Origin: a virus
Lineage: Duplodnaviria > Heunggongvirae > Uroviricota > Caudoviricetes
DNA: 52,086 bases
Direction: 5' to 3' (one strand)
IMG/VR virus record: IMGVR_UViG_3300012281_000001
The stretch's first letter is position 1; each line of letters begins with the position of its first letter. Below the pieces are notes generated by a model. It did not search any database. It was not told the origin of the DNA and saw nothing but the letters and a program-made list of their open reading frames with translations. The position numbers were made by a program, and so were the translations under genes. Positions 29,534-41,557 of the stretch are shown piece by piece.

Positions 29534-30175
29534 ATGGATAAGAAAATATGCGTTGTTTCGATGAGCGTCGGCAAACCGGCGTCAATGACTGCTGCATGGA
29601 TCAATAACGAGCTGATAATGGCTGAGCGGACCAGCTACCCTGAACGCCGCCGCGACATGGAACTCCAGCTGCTGCGCGAATTGCGAGAAAAAGAGGAAAA
29701 GGGTTTTATCGTGCTGGTGGAAGAGGAAAACAGCTTTATTACTGGTCGAGTTGGCCAGCGTGTAAGGTTGCGCGATCCCTTCATGAACGGCAGGCCGGTA
29801 CTAATTGAGGCAATGCAGATTTATAAGGAGCTAGAACGCCAGAAAGCAATCAAGTTACCGCGCAAGGAATCCGGCAAATACATCCTCCACCAAAGCATCT
29901 TCGATTCCGAACACGATAAAAAAGGCGATGAATTTTTCAACATCAACTGGAGCGAAATAACGACAGAGCATGTTCTGACGTTACTATGTTGCTTTGCGAC
30001 GGAATACAACAACGTTGCCAGCGCCGACTACATCAGGGCAATGGTTGGAGAAATTGATGCCCGCCAAGAACCGTCGTTACTAAGCTCCCTTGTGAATATA
30101 ATTCAAGCTACTCATGAAATGACCGCACGGAAAGTGCCTCAAGGTTCATTAACCGGCAGAGATAATTATCTTTAA
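29534..30175 (+). CDS. mat: maturation-control protein
   Basis: ATG 29534 within ORF 29387..30175, 4 nt after AGGGGG; symbol by position after ref. Confidence 0.45.
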   Translation: MDKKICVVSMSVGKPASMTAAWINNELIMAERTSYPERRRDMELQLLRELREKEEKGFIVLVEEENSFITGRVGQRVRLRDPFMNGRPVLIEAMQIYKELERQKAIKLPRKESGKYILHQSIFDSEHDKKGDEFFNINWSEITTEHVLTLLCCFATEYNNVASADYIRAMVGEIDARQEPSLLSSLVNIIQATHEMTARKVPQGSLTGRDNYL

Positions 30176-30182
30176 ACTTCTT

Positions 30183-30201
30183 GGGCGCTAACTATGCGCC
30201 C
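30183..30201. terminator. hairpin between convergent mat and the PIN-like gene
   Basis: GGGCGC-TAACTAT-GCGCCC in the 42-nt gap; weak flanking U/A tracts. Confidence 0.4.
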
Positions 30202-30217
30202 ACGCCCATTACATTAA

Positions 30218-31168
30218 TTAATCAATAAATACACGGAATGGCTCAAGCATCCCTTCAGGATCTTTATCCTCGTCACCAAGTGATATTAGTCTTCTGGCGA
30301 GTAGTTTTACGTCATCATCATCTTTAATGAAGCCAACCTGATCATTATTAAAATAGATATCGATTATTTTTAGGATTTGCTCTTGTGTAAAATGATTGAA
30401 TTTTAATAACTTTGCTACAACTCGATGTGTTGTGGCAAAACTGCCTGAGCGGCGTAATTCATCTATAGTGAAATTAACTTCCATTTCCGCTAAGTTACTG
30501 GCTTGAGGAAAGTGCTCACCTATAAACTCTGATAAGCGGGCATAGATATGTGGTTCTGAATCTTTCTTCTTTTTCCACTCGTACTTCAAATACTCATTCA
30601 TATCATCCTTTATAAAGGCACTTTTATAATCACCATCTTCAGTTATAATGTATATATCCTCTCCGTTTGGTATCGCCTTTAGCAAACACTCCCAATTGAC
30701 TGCATCACCATATGATTTATTTTTACCCGGAGGGTTGCCAAGATCGAATCGGCGTTTCCCTTTTTCTATTGTTTCATCATCAGCCTCTATCTTAGACGCT
30801 GCATCAAAAATCCTTTTAATTACAACATCGGCAGCTAAAGACTCTTCTTTAAATAAGTTCTGTATATCGGTAATAATTTCATTCTTTAGCCGACTAGCTT
30901 CTATAACCTTATCATTAAATAGTGAATGTTTTTCATGCTGCCTGAAAATCTGTGGTAGCGCGGGCTTGTAGTCTTTTGCAATTTCCTTTATGGTTTCAGA
31001 GAGAACTTTAGAACGATTTCTCCAGAACTCATTCACTAAAAGTTCTGGCAACCAAAGTTTTAAACGACCATATTGATGTAAGGCAAATACTTTATCTAGC
31101 TCATCTAGTTTATCCTTACCCATTCGATAAAATTCCAAATATAGATTTGTATCAATAAAAACATTCAT
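30218..31168 (-). CDS. PIN-like putative nuclease with C-terminal helical extension
   Basis: 316-aa ORF, ATG after AGGATG; N-terminal VFIDTN strand with D6, later GDAVNWE (D155) and ITEDGD (E177/D178/D180) acidic motifs; visibly AT-rich versus flanks; sits where P1 has res-mod. Confidence 0.7.
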   Translation of the reverse strand: MNVFIDTNLYLEFYRMGKDKLDELDKVFALHQYGRLKLWLPELLVNEFWRNRSKVLSETIKEIAKDYKPALPQIFRQHEKHSLFNDKVIEASRLKNEIITDIQNLFKEESLAADVVIKRIFDAASKIEADDETIEKGKRRFDLGNPPGKNKSYGDAVNWECLLKAIPNGEDIYIITEDGDYKSAFIKDDMNEYLKYEWKKKKDSEPHIYARLSEFIGEHFPQASNLAEMEVNFTIDELRRSGSFATTHRVVAKLLKFNHFTQEQILKIIDIYFNNDQVGFIKDDDDVKLLARRLISLGDEDKDPEGMLEPFRVFID

Positions 31169-31193
31169 ATCACATCCTAATTATAAGTAATTT

Positions 31194-31220
31194 AGGCCAC
31201 TCTAAAAAATAAAGTGGCCT
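31194..31220. terminator. hairpin between lxc and the PIN-like gene
   Basis: AGGCCACT-CTAAAAAATAA-AGTGGCCT, 8-bp stem and 11-nt A-rich loop; same stem sequence as the hairpin at 18681-18699. Confidence 0.4.
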
Positions 31221-31229
31221 AATAAGAAA

Positions 31230-31478
31230 TCAATCAGCATTCAGAAGCAATGCGTTATCTATGATGATCTGCTCCCATTCTTCGAATGCCCGATCGCGGA
31301 CACCTTGGGGAACACTGTTAGTTTTGAAATCGACGACCGTCCGCCATTTCCCGTCCGGGCGGTACATGCGCAGAGCTTTACTTCCCCCTTCCCTGCGCAC
31401 CTCAACGTTATGCTTGTCAGCAAACTCTTGTAATGCTCGTAGCGTCCCATGCTTTACTGTGTAGTATCGCTTTTTCAA
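31230..31478 (-). CDS. lxc: C1 corepressor-like protein
   Basis: 82-aa ORF downstream of ulx; size and position match P1 Lxc as remembered; TTG start overlapping ulx stop. Confidence 0.45.
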   Translation of the reverse strand: MKKRYYTVKHGTLRALQEFADKHNVEVRREGGSKALRMYRPDGKWRTVVDFKTNSVPQGVRDRAFEEWEQIIIDNALLLNAD

Positions 31479-31915
31479 GTTTTCTCTCCAGCCTGTGCCA
31501 AGGCTTCAACTTCCAAATCGTAAGACTCAAACTCATAGTCCTGGTCGTCAACTTCTTCAGGCACTGGCAGTAAATGCCAGGCTGAGTATATCTGACCATT
31601 ATCAAAACGCTCCTGGCTGTAGAGCGTCGCGGCTATGAGTGTCAGCGCCGGGCGGTCATAACGGTAAATTTTGCGAACGTCACGGTCAACGAGACGACCG
31701 AAATTACCATAACCGCGCTCCAGTAATAATTTTTTAATTTCCGGCCAGTATGGGCCATAGCTGCGGTACAGGCGGGGATTTTTCAGTAATCGCCCGCGTA
31801 GCCCTGACAGGAAGAAATCAACGTATTCGTCTTCTGTCTTTCCTAACAATGCCGTACGCAGTACCGCCTCAAGATATGTTTTATTCGGTTTTATTGTATC
31901 AGATAGTGTGGCCAT
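31475..31915 (-). CDS. ulx: Ulx, darB-operon protein
   Basis: 146-aa ORF immediately downstream of darB on the same strand; symbol by position. Confidence 0.5.
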   Translation of the reverse strand: MATLSDTIKPNKTYLEAVLRTALLGKTEDEYVDFFLSGLRGRLLKNPRLYRSYGPYWPEIKKLLLERGYGNFGRLVDRDVRKIYRYDRPALTLIAATLYSQERFDNGQIYSAWHLLPVPEEVDDQDYEFESYDLEVEALAQAGEKT

Positions 31916-31948
31916 ATTATGCGACGCCCGGCGAACCGGGCGCTCCTG

Positions 31949-34900
31949 TTATGCGTATTGTTGGATGACGGCCAGAACGTCCGCCACGTTGTGTTTTGTC
32001 TCGATAATCCACCAGTTACCCGGGAAATCGCTGTTCTTCGCCTTCGCTGGCAACCAGCGAGCGCCGAATTTCGCCTTGATTGCGTCTTTCGCACGGAAAA
32101 GAACCCCTTTCATGCCGGAGGCTTCCTGAAGCCCAAATACCTCGCCAGCGGCGAATTTTGGTGCGTACATCATCTTCAGGTCGGCGGTGGATACGCGATA
32201 ATTCAGACCAAGAGACTGAGCTATGCTGGTGGCATCACCCTGTATTGATGATAACTCTTCTTGTTTCTCGTTTCTGGCGGCAATTTCTTCCTCCGTAATG
32301 TTGCCAAGGGCCAGGTTTATCCGATCAGCGTCTGCCTGTTTCTCTTCATCGGTGCGCCCGGCAAGAACCGTGTTAATTCTCTGCAATATCTCCACATGAT
32401 TCTTGCGCATGCTGAGCAATTCCGGCGTAACCTCGTTAAGATCCACCAGCCTAAGGATGGCAAGGTCGGAAAACATTGATACCAGGTTGTACGTCATGCG
32501 ATAGCTGAGCTGACTATAGGCATTAGGTAGTTGCACCGCCTTCATTTTATAGGCATCCATAAATTTAGAGCCGTCGTTAACAACCTCCGCAATTGCAGGT
32601 GTGATTTTCCCTGTGGTGACGGCCTCCCTGATTGCTGTTACCCACGATTGAGTCAGCGCGGCGACTGCATGATTCAGATTGGCTTCCCGTTCTGCTGCGA
32701 TGCGCGCGCTTGCTGCGTCCATTGCCTGCTTGATCTCGTCTTTATTGCTGTAAATGCCAATGGTGCCAAACTGTGCTGTGGTGATCTCATAATCTGACGC
32801 CCGGAACTCATTGGTACCGAAAATGGCATTGGTGACTTCAAGTTCAGAATCCCCGTTACGAGTAGCCCCCTGGCTTGTTTTTTCCGGCATTCTGGCGATC
32901 GCATCCGCTATTTTCTCCTGAATTGCTTCAGGGGATAGCGTATCTCCGTATGACGCGATTACATCGCCATAATTGGAGCCAAACAGTTCAACCAGGAATG
33001 TTTCTGCCGAACGGATCTGGCGGTTATTCCCTTCCGACATCATACCAAGCACCCATTTTGCAATTGACGACTTCAGAGCGCCGTCACGGCGATCCGGGTA
33101 AACCGCATGCTTCAGTGGGTCCGTATAGGTACCAACAAAATCAATGCTATAGCCTGACTCTGTAGTCTGAACGCCGTATGAGTCAGTGATTTTGATCATG
33201 CCGCGCTGCTGGAAACGGTAGAAATCGTCACAGGAAATGATGTCGTTAATCCCGGCGATGGAGACGCCACCACTGATTTTCTGCATAACAGCATCTTCAT
33301 CGGGAGTTACATCAACCTGTTTATCCAGCGTCTTCACATCCCAGTTACCCGATTTGGTACCTTTGAAGGTAAAGATAATCTCCACGTCTGCGCGCTGGCT
33401 GTCGAAGTCCAGCGACTTAATGCGAACGATATCACCGGCACAATCGTAGTATTGGCCTACACGCCATGAGCGATCGCCGATAACAAGGAACTCACTCGCA
33501 TGGTTAACCAGGTCAGGATCAACATCCAGAATGCCTTTATTTATTGCATCCTCCACCAGCGGGCGCAGGCGTTTGATATCCGTCGCGGCCTTCTGGGTAC
33601 GGTTCAATAATTTCTCATAGCGGGAGATGGCTTGAGAGATATTAGCCTTCTGTTGAATAGCATTTTTTAACGAAGCGCGATATCGAGCTAACAACATACG
33701 GTCAGCGTTATGGACACTCCCCCAACGTGCCTTCCAGTCTGCGTTATCAGCTGCTTTGGCCATTGCTGCTTGTTTGAATTTGTCGACGTCGGCGGTGGTC
33801 TTTTCAAGTTCCGCTTTGCTTCGCTCCAATTCAGCGGTAAGAGCTTCTACATCTTCACCAGATGCGTGCTGCGCCTTGATGTAGTTCTGAAGGTCGATAG
33901 TAGCCTGTTCTTTCTGGCGAGCGCGTTTCGCTGCTTTCGCCTTATCCATTTGAACCTGCATCATTGCCAGACGTTCGCCATCATCCTTAGCGGTATACAT
34001 CTGCATTTCGATCATATCGTTGGCGTCGGCGTTCTCCATTTCTGACTTATCTGAACGGAGGATATCGGAGATCCAGCCTGCTTTACGCTTCAGCGTCTTC
34101 AGTCGGTATTCATCGAAAGAACCCTTGCCGCAGTAGTAGTGAACGCGAACGCTTGCACGGTTGGAGCCAACTCGGGCACCGCGACCGTTACGTTGTGCGA
34201 TACTGGCTGGAGTCCACGGCAACGTCAGGGGGTGGATATCCGTCGTTCCTCGATGCAGGTTGATACCCACCTCTGCCTTTTTGTTGCAGATGATGATCGG
34301 AGTCCGGCCCTCCTGGAAGTCGGCTGCAATCTTTTCCAGACCGCCCAACGACATTTCATTTTGCTGCGCGATATAGGCGTCATACAGAGCCATTTGCTCG
34401 TTGTATTTCGCTATCTGTGCATCTGTTGGTTCATCCGGTAACTCTTTCGGCGGTTTAACCGCTTTCAGTTTCTTACCGGTTTTACCTGCCTCGGCAACCG
34501 TCTGAGCATTCAGGATCCCCACCTTTGAAGGTTCAAGGTTAAGAGCATTGCAGATAATGCGCTTGAGCTTCTGGTGCTGCGTTTTTTCGTCCGTGAAGAT
34601 GATTTGCTTACCTTCCGGGAAAAACTCCTTCAGCGTGGCGATCAGCTTCGCGTATTTGGGCGTAACGGGATGAGTTACGGTCTGTTCGTCAATGCCAAAC
34701 CTGGCCAGGCGCTTATTCACTTCCTGCTCGAACGCTTCCGGAACCTGCAACTGAATAAACTCGCCCTTATCTATCAGGGAGTATTGCGATTGCTGCGTGA
34801 TTGAATCATCACTGTCGTCGTCTTCGCTGGTGGCTTGTTTAGGCAAACTGTCCGCCAGCTGCTGCACCGCATCGGCGTACTCCGGCAGGAAACGATAGGT

Positions 34901-37900
34901 GATCCGGCGATAGTACAGGTCCATGTCAGTACATACGCGGTCCATATCCCTGATTATTGAGAAGATCGGACGGGCTTTCTCGTGCTCAATCACGCCATCT
35001 TCATTGACCGAGGTCGTTACGCCATTGGTGGCTTTGGCCGCCGCTTCCGCCTGTTGACGCAATTCTTCATACGCCGCCAGTTGTTCTTCAGTAAGTGGTG
35101 CATCCTGCTGGTGTTCGTCCAGCTCCGGGATCTCCACGGTATCCTTAACGTCTTCCGCCGTTTTAAGCGTTACCCAGCGATGGAATATACCGCGCAGCGC
35201 ATCAAGGTTTTCAAAGCCCACCAGCGCCATTTTCTCTTCAACTTCACCGCTGATTTTCTGTACCGTTTCCAGCCTGGTCTTGCCGAAGAATTTAACGAAG
35301 TCATCAGGACCGTAGATCCCCATCTTCTGCCAGTATTCCTTCGGCAGAACATGAGAAAGCATGTTGTATGCATCGATCGGGGTGTTAACGACTGGCGTTG
35401 CAGTCAGGAGAACCGGTCCGCGCCCGCCATTCTTTTTCATCAGGTACGCGTTTTTAATTGCCATATCCCGCGCCGATTGCGCCACCGCGCTGGTGGGCAG
35501 ATAGGCCAGTTGTGACGCTTCGCGACCATTTTTATAGCTATTGCGGTAGTTGTGACCTTCGTCGGCGATCACACTATCGAAGCCCATATCCTCAAAGTAC
35601 GGATACTTCTCTGCTTTTTCGGTGCCGGTATCTGAATACTCCGACAATACCCGGCGACGCGCGGCCTCTTTGCGGTGGGAGTCGGAGTCCATTGCGCTGG
35701 CTACGCGCCCGGCGGCAACGAAGTCATAAAGCATATCCTGTGCATGCTCATCTACGGTGTCATCACGTAGCGGAATGCGGGCGTATTGTTCTTTGGTAAA
35801 CACGACTGCACGGTAATTTGAGTGCGGGATCGCGTTCATCCGCGCCGTGATAGTGGCTTCATCTGCCAGCTTAAGAGCATCGCGCATAACTGGAGTGCCA
35901 TCAGTACCAAGAACTGGTTTACCGTTCTCATCGAGCACCGGCACCTGGCGAATCTGATCGCCATCCATCAGCACATCAAGACCGACGAACAGGTAGTTAC
36001 TGAATGCCTCTTCACTCAGGAATTCTTTTGCTTCGTAATACCAGTTTTCCAGCACTGATTTAGGCACTACATACGCAGTACGGGTGGAGCGACCGTTCTC
36101 ATAGTTGAACGCCTCAAGCGCCAGCGCGGTCGTGGTTTTACCCAGCCCGGTGCCGAAGCCCAGGATGCCGCGCCCATCTTCGGACAGTCGGCGCACCTCG
36201 CTATTCTGGTAATCAAATGGCTGACGCTTACCGCTTAATCCCTTCAACCCAAGCGGATCACCAGAGTGTTCATACGGAATATTGCTATTGAAAACATCGT
36301 TGTATTTGGCAACCAGCTCATCGTAGCGATCGTGCGTCTTGATCCACTTATTGAACTGGTCCTCAAGCAGTGCCATCTGCTCGCGGTAGCCGTTCGCCGT
36401 CGCGCTATCTTTGCCACCGATACGCGCACCATTGAGATACTTTTCCAGCTGTGCCGGGAACCCGGTCGCGTTTTCTCCTGATTTACGGTCCCACTCGTAG
36501 CGGATCTCGCCTGTTTCTTTATCCTTGCGCTGGACGACACCGTATCGGTGCCCGACGAACAGGCCATCACCACCGTGATATGTGTCAGAAACCATTTCGT
36601 CGCCTTCCAGCTGCACTGACTGCACATAGCGCAGATCCGGATAGCCGTTTTCCTGTAAAAATTCCAGAATGACGGAACGGTCGAACCAACGGCTATTGAG
36701 CTTAAACCGGATATTTTCTGCTGGTGTCTTGATGCGCTTCTCTTCGATCGCTGCCAGCTGATTAAGGACGTTGTTCTTTACTGGACCGTCGGGGAGCGTG
36801 GCGAGGAATTCCTGTTTTGGAGCCACTATCTCGTTAATGTCGCCGCTGGTGGCGCGGGCAAACGGAACAATCCCGCCATACGGTGAAACCGCAATGCCAG
36901 GGGTGCTGGCCAATAAATTAAGCAACTCGTCATCACTGGCTGGCAGTTCGCCGGTAAACGCAAGGCGGAAATCATCGAGCTGGATTGGATCGCGAGTGAG
37001 ATCACTGTAGAGATAACGCAGGGTGTCCTGATAGCTGGTGGAGTCATAACTGGCGCTGGAATCATGCGTAACCAGTTTTCCTGTCAGCTCGTCAGAAATA
37101 GTGCCATCCAGCTTAATCGCACCACGGAAAGCAAACCAGGCGCGCGCACCGCTCCCCGACAATTTCGCTATAGGACCGCGACCAGGATTACCAAAGCGGT
37201 CAATCTCTGCCTGCAAACGGGATACCAGAGAAAGGCGCTGCTGTTCGATTTGTTCAGCACTATGCCCGGCGGCCTTCATATCCTGATATTCAATTAACAT
37301 CCGGCCAATCATCGCCCCGCGATACAAGCGTTCACGGTATTTTTCAGGCTGGCTGTTAATCCAGTCCACCAGTTGCACCATATCGTCGCTGATTGATGTG
37401 GTGTACTTATCGCGGACATTTGCCATCTGGGTAAATGTCATGCCGAGACGGCCTTCTGTTGTAGTCAGGTTGCGCTGAAGAGCCTCCCAGCTATCCGCGC
37501 CATAACTGGCAGCATCGATCTTAAGTTCCTTCCCGGCATCAGCTTCAATCCAGCGACCACCAGCATATTTTTGCCATACACCATTAATCAGGCGCATTTC
37601 CCCTTCACCAACAACGTCTGCTGTCGGTGACGGTTCAGCCATATCGAGCAAAGACCAGTCGATACGACTTTCGAAACGATGAATCAGCTTCGCTTTAAGA
37701 GCCTGGTTATCAATCTGCCCGTCGGCACGAACCTCAATACGCCCCTGGAATCCCTTCTCCTGGGTGCCATGAACAAACCGGCGGCCGTCCTTTTCAAACC
37801 ACTTGCCAGAAATAAACGTTGGCCAAAGCACATTTGCCGATTCAAGAGTGCCTTCATCCACCAGGGGGATTTTCTCAGCCATCTCCGCCGGATGTTTGCG

Positions 37901-38716
37901 CATCAGCACCACGTCAACGACCGTACTGGTCCCGTTTGCGTCAAAAGTACCGGTAGGCAAGCGGTGGGCACCAAGAAATTCAGCTTTCCGTGATAGGCGC
38001 AGGCGTAACCGCTTCATGTTTGAACCTGAAACAATGGACGGCGGCACAATCACGCACATGAATCCGCCTGGCTTTATCTTGTCCAGCATGCGGAGCATGA
38101 AGTAAGACCCCATATCCGTTTCTTCTGCGTAAGGCTTATCGATGTTGCGTGTGTTATCACGACCGCCGAACGGAACGTTACCCACAACATGGTCGAATGA
38201 ATCGTTAGGCGTGCTTATAGCCAGCTGTTCGAACGGGGAAATCTGTACGCTGTCTTCCGGATGTAACAGCTGGTTTATACGACCGGAAACACTGCTGATC
38301 TCAGTCGCGGTCATCACCGTACCAACCGGTTTTGTCTCATTAAAAACGCCGGTGCCCGCCGATGGTTCCAGAGTGTTACCTACGTCCGCGCCATAGAGCT
38401 TCATGATCTCCCAGACGCCTTCAGCGATAGGCTTTGGTGTGTAATATTCGGAGACGGACCCGCCAATGCCGCCTTCACCAGTGTACCCGGCCAGGATCTG
38501 GCGCTGTTCATCTGTCAGTGTCGCGCCGTCCACCAGCGAATTAAGCAAATCTATCGCCTTCTGATTCGCCTCCCGGCGCAGCCGGTCATAGCTTTTGCCT
38601 TCCACCTTTTCCACGCCGTATCTAATCGGCGCTCGGTGAGATGTTATTGCCCTAATGTATTTCAATATTTCGCTGACACTTGAACAGCGAAACACCCCCA
38701 TAGATAGCTTGTTCAT
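31949..38716 (-). CDS. darB: DarB antirestriction protein (methyltransferase plus SF2 helicase)
   Basis: 2255-aa ORF; N-terminal GNVPFGG MTase-like motif; GFGTGLGKTT Walker A and IADEGHNYRN DExH box; size and position match P1 DarB. Confidence 0.9.
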   Translation of the reverse strand: MNKLSMGVFRCSSVSEILKYIRAITSHRAPIRYGVEKVEGKSYDRLRREANQKAIDLLNSLVDGATLTDEQRQILAGYTGEGGIGGSVSEYYTPKPIAEGVWEIMKLYGADVGNTLEPSAGTGVFNETKPVGTVMTATEISSVSGRINQLLHPEDSVQISPFEQLAISTPNDSFDHVVGNVPFGGRDNTRNIDKPYAEETDMGSYFMLRMLDKIKPGGFMCVIVPPSIVSGSNMKRLRLRLSRKAEFLGAHRLPTGTFDANGTSTVVDVVLMRKHPAEMAEKIPLVDEGTLESANVLWPTFISGKWFEKDGRRFVHGTQEKGFQGRIEVRADGQIDNQALKAKLIHRFESRIDWSLLDMAEPSPTADVVGEGEMRLINGVWQKYAGGRWIEADAGKELKIDAASYGADSWEALQRNLTTTEGRLGMTFTQMANVRDKYTTSISDDMVQLVDWINSQPEKYRERLYRGAMIGRMLIEYQDMKAAGHSAEQIEQQRLSLVSRLQAEIDRFGNPGRGPIAKLSGSGARAWFAFRGAIKLDGTISDELTGKLVTHDSSASYDSTSYQDTLRYLYSDLTRDPIQLDDFRLAFTGELPASDDELLNLLASTPGIAVSPYGGIVPFARATSGDINEIVAPKQEFLATLPDGPVKNNVLNQLAAIEEKRIKTPAENIRFKLNSRWFDRSVILEFLQENGYPDLRYVQSVQLEGDEMVSDTYHGGDGLFVGHRYGVVQRKDKETGEIRYEWDRKSGENATGFPAQLEKYLNGARIGGKDSATANGYREQMALLEDQFNKWIKTHDRYDELVAKYNDVFNSNIPYEHSGDPLGLKGLSGKRQPFDYQNSEVRRLSEDGRGILGFGTGLGKTTTALALEAFNYENGRSTRTAYVVPKSVLENWYYEAKEFLSEEAFSNYLFVGLDVLMDGDQIRQVPVLDENGKPVLGTDGTPVMRDALKLADEATITARMNAIPHSNYRAVVFTKEQYARIPLRDDTVDEHAQDMLYDFVAAGRVASAMDSDSHRKEAARRRVLSEYSDTGTEKAEKYPYFEDMGFDSVIADEGHNYRNSYKNGREASQLAYLPTSAVAQSARDMAIKNAYLMKKNGGRGPVLLTATPVVNTPIDAYNMLSHVLPKEYWQKMGIYGPDDFVKFFGKTRLETVQKISGEVEEKMALVGFENLDALRGIFHRWVTLKTAEDVKDTVEIPELDEHQQDAPLTEEQLAAYEELRQQAEAAAKATNGVTTSVNEDGVIEHEKARPIFSIIRDMDRVCTDMDLYYRRITYRFLPEYADAVQQLADSLPKQATSEDDDSDDSITQQSQYSLIDKGEFIQLQVPEAFEQEVNKRLARFGIDEQTVTHPVTPKYAKLIATLKEFFPEGKQIIFTDEKTQHQKLKRIICNALNLEPSKVGILNAQTVAEAGKTGKKLKAVKPPKELPDEPTDAQIAKYNEQMALYDAYIAQQNEMSLGGLEKIAADFQEGRTPIIICNKKAEVGINLHRGTTDIHPLTLPWTPASIAQRNGRGARVGSNRASVRVHYYCGKGSFDEYRLKTLKRKAGWISDILRSDKSEMENADANDMIEMQMYTAKDDGERLAMMQVQMDKAKAAKRARQKEQATIDLQNYIKAQHASGEDVEALTAELERSKAELEKTTADVDKFKQAAMAKAADNADWKARWGSVHNADRMLLARYRASLKNAIQQKANISQAISRYEKLLNRTQKAATDIKRLRPLVEDAINKGILDVDPDLVNHASEFLVIGDRSWRVGQYYDCAGDIVRIKSLDFDSQRADVEIIFTFKGTKSGNWDVKTLDKQVDVTPDEDAVMQKISGGVSIAGINDIISCDDFYRFQQRGMIKITDSYGVQTTESGYSIDFVGTYTDPLKHAVYPDRRDGALKSSIAKWVLGMMSEGNNRQIRSAETFLVELFGSNYGDVIASYGDTLSPEAIQEKIADAIARMPEKTSQGATRNGDSELEVTNAIFGTNEFRASDYEITTAQFGTIGIYSNKDEIKQAMDAASARIAAEREANLNHAVAALTQSWVTAIREAVTTGKITPAIAEVVNDGSKFMDAYKMKAVQLPNAYSQLSYRMTYNLVSMFSDLAILRLVDLNEVTPELLSMRKNHVEILQRINTVLAGRTDEEKQADADRINLALGNITEEEIAARNEKQEELSSIQGDATSIAQSLGLNYRVSTADLKMMYAPKFAAGEVFGLQEASGMKGVLFRAKDAIKAKFGARWLPAKAKNSDFPGNWWIIETKHNVADVLAVIQQYA

Positions 38717-38725
38717 TGGTAATCC

Positions 38726-38749
38726 TTAACAAGTGACTAGTGTTAAATT
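38726..38749 (+). promoter_or_regulatory. late-promoter-like element upstream of prt
   Basis: TTAACAAGTGACTAGTGTTAAATT in the darB/prt divergent region, 66 nt before the prt start. Confidence 0.45.
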
Positions 38750-38782
38750 CCGTTCAAACACGATGCGAATTATTCTAATTAA

Positions 38783-41513
<2,731 letters not shown>

Positions 41514-41524
41514 CCACCAAAAAT

Positions 41525-41546
41525 AACCCCGGCGGATGCCGGGGTT
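41525..41546. terminator. bidirectional terminator between convergent pro and the lyz unit
   Basis: AACCCCGGC-GGAT-GCCGGGGTT; a T-run follows on the minus-strand reading. Confidence 0.65.
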
Positions 41547-41557
41547 CTCGTTAACTA

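Noticed and set aside
34982-35515. 177-aa plus-strand ORF, and about 25 similar ORFs between 32.0 and 38.4 kb
   Set aside because: All lie antisense inside the 2255-codon darB gene, whose MTase and helicase motifs confirm the minus-strand frame.
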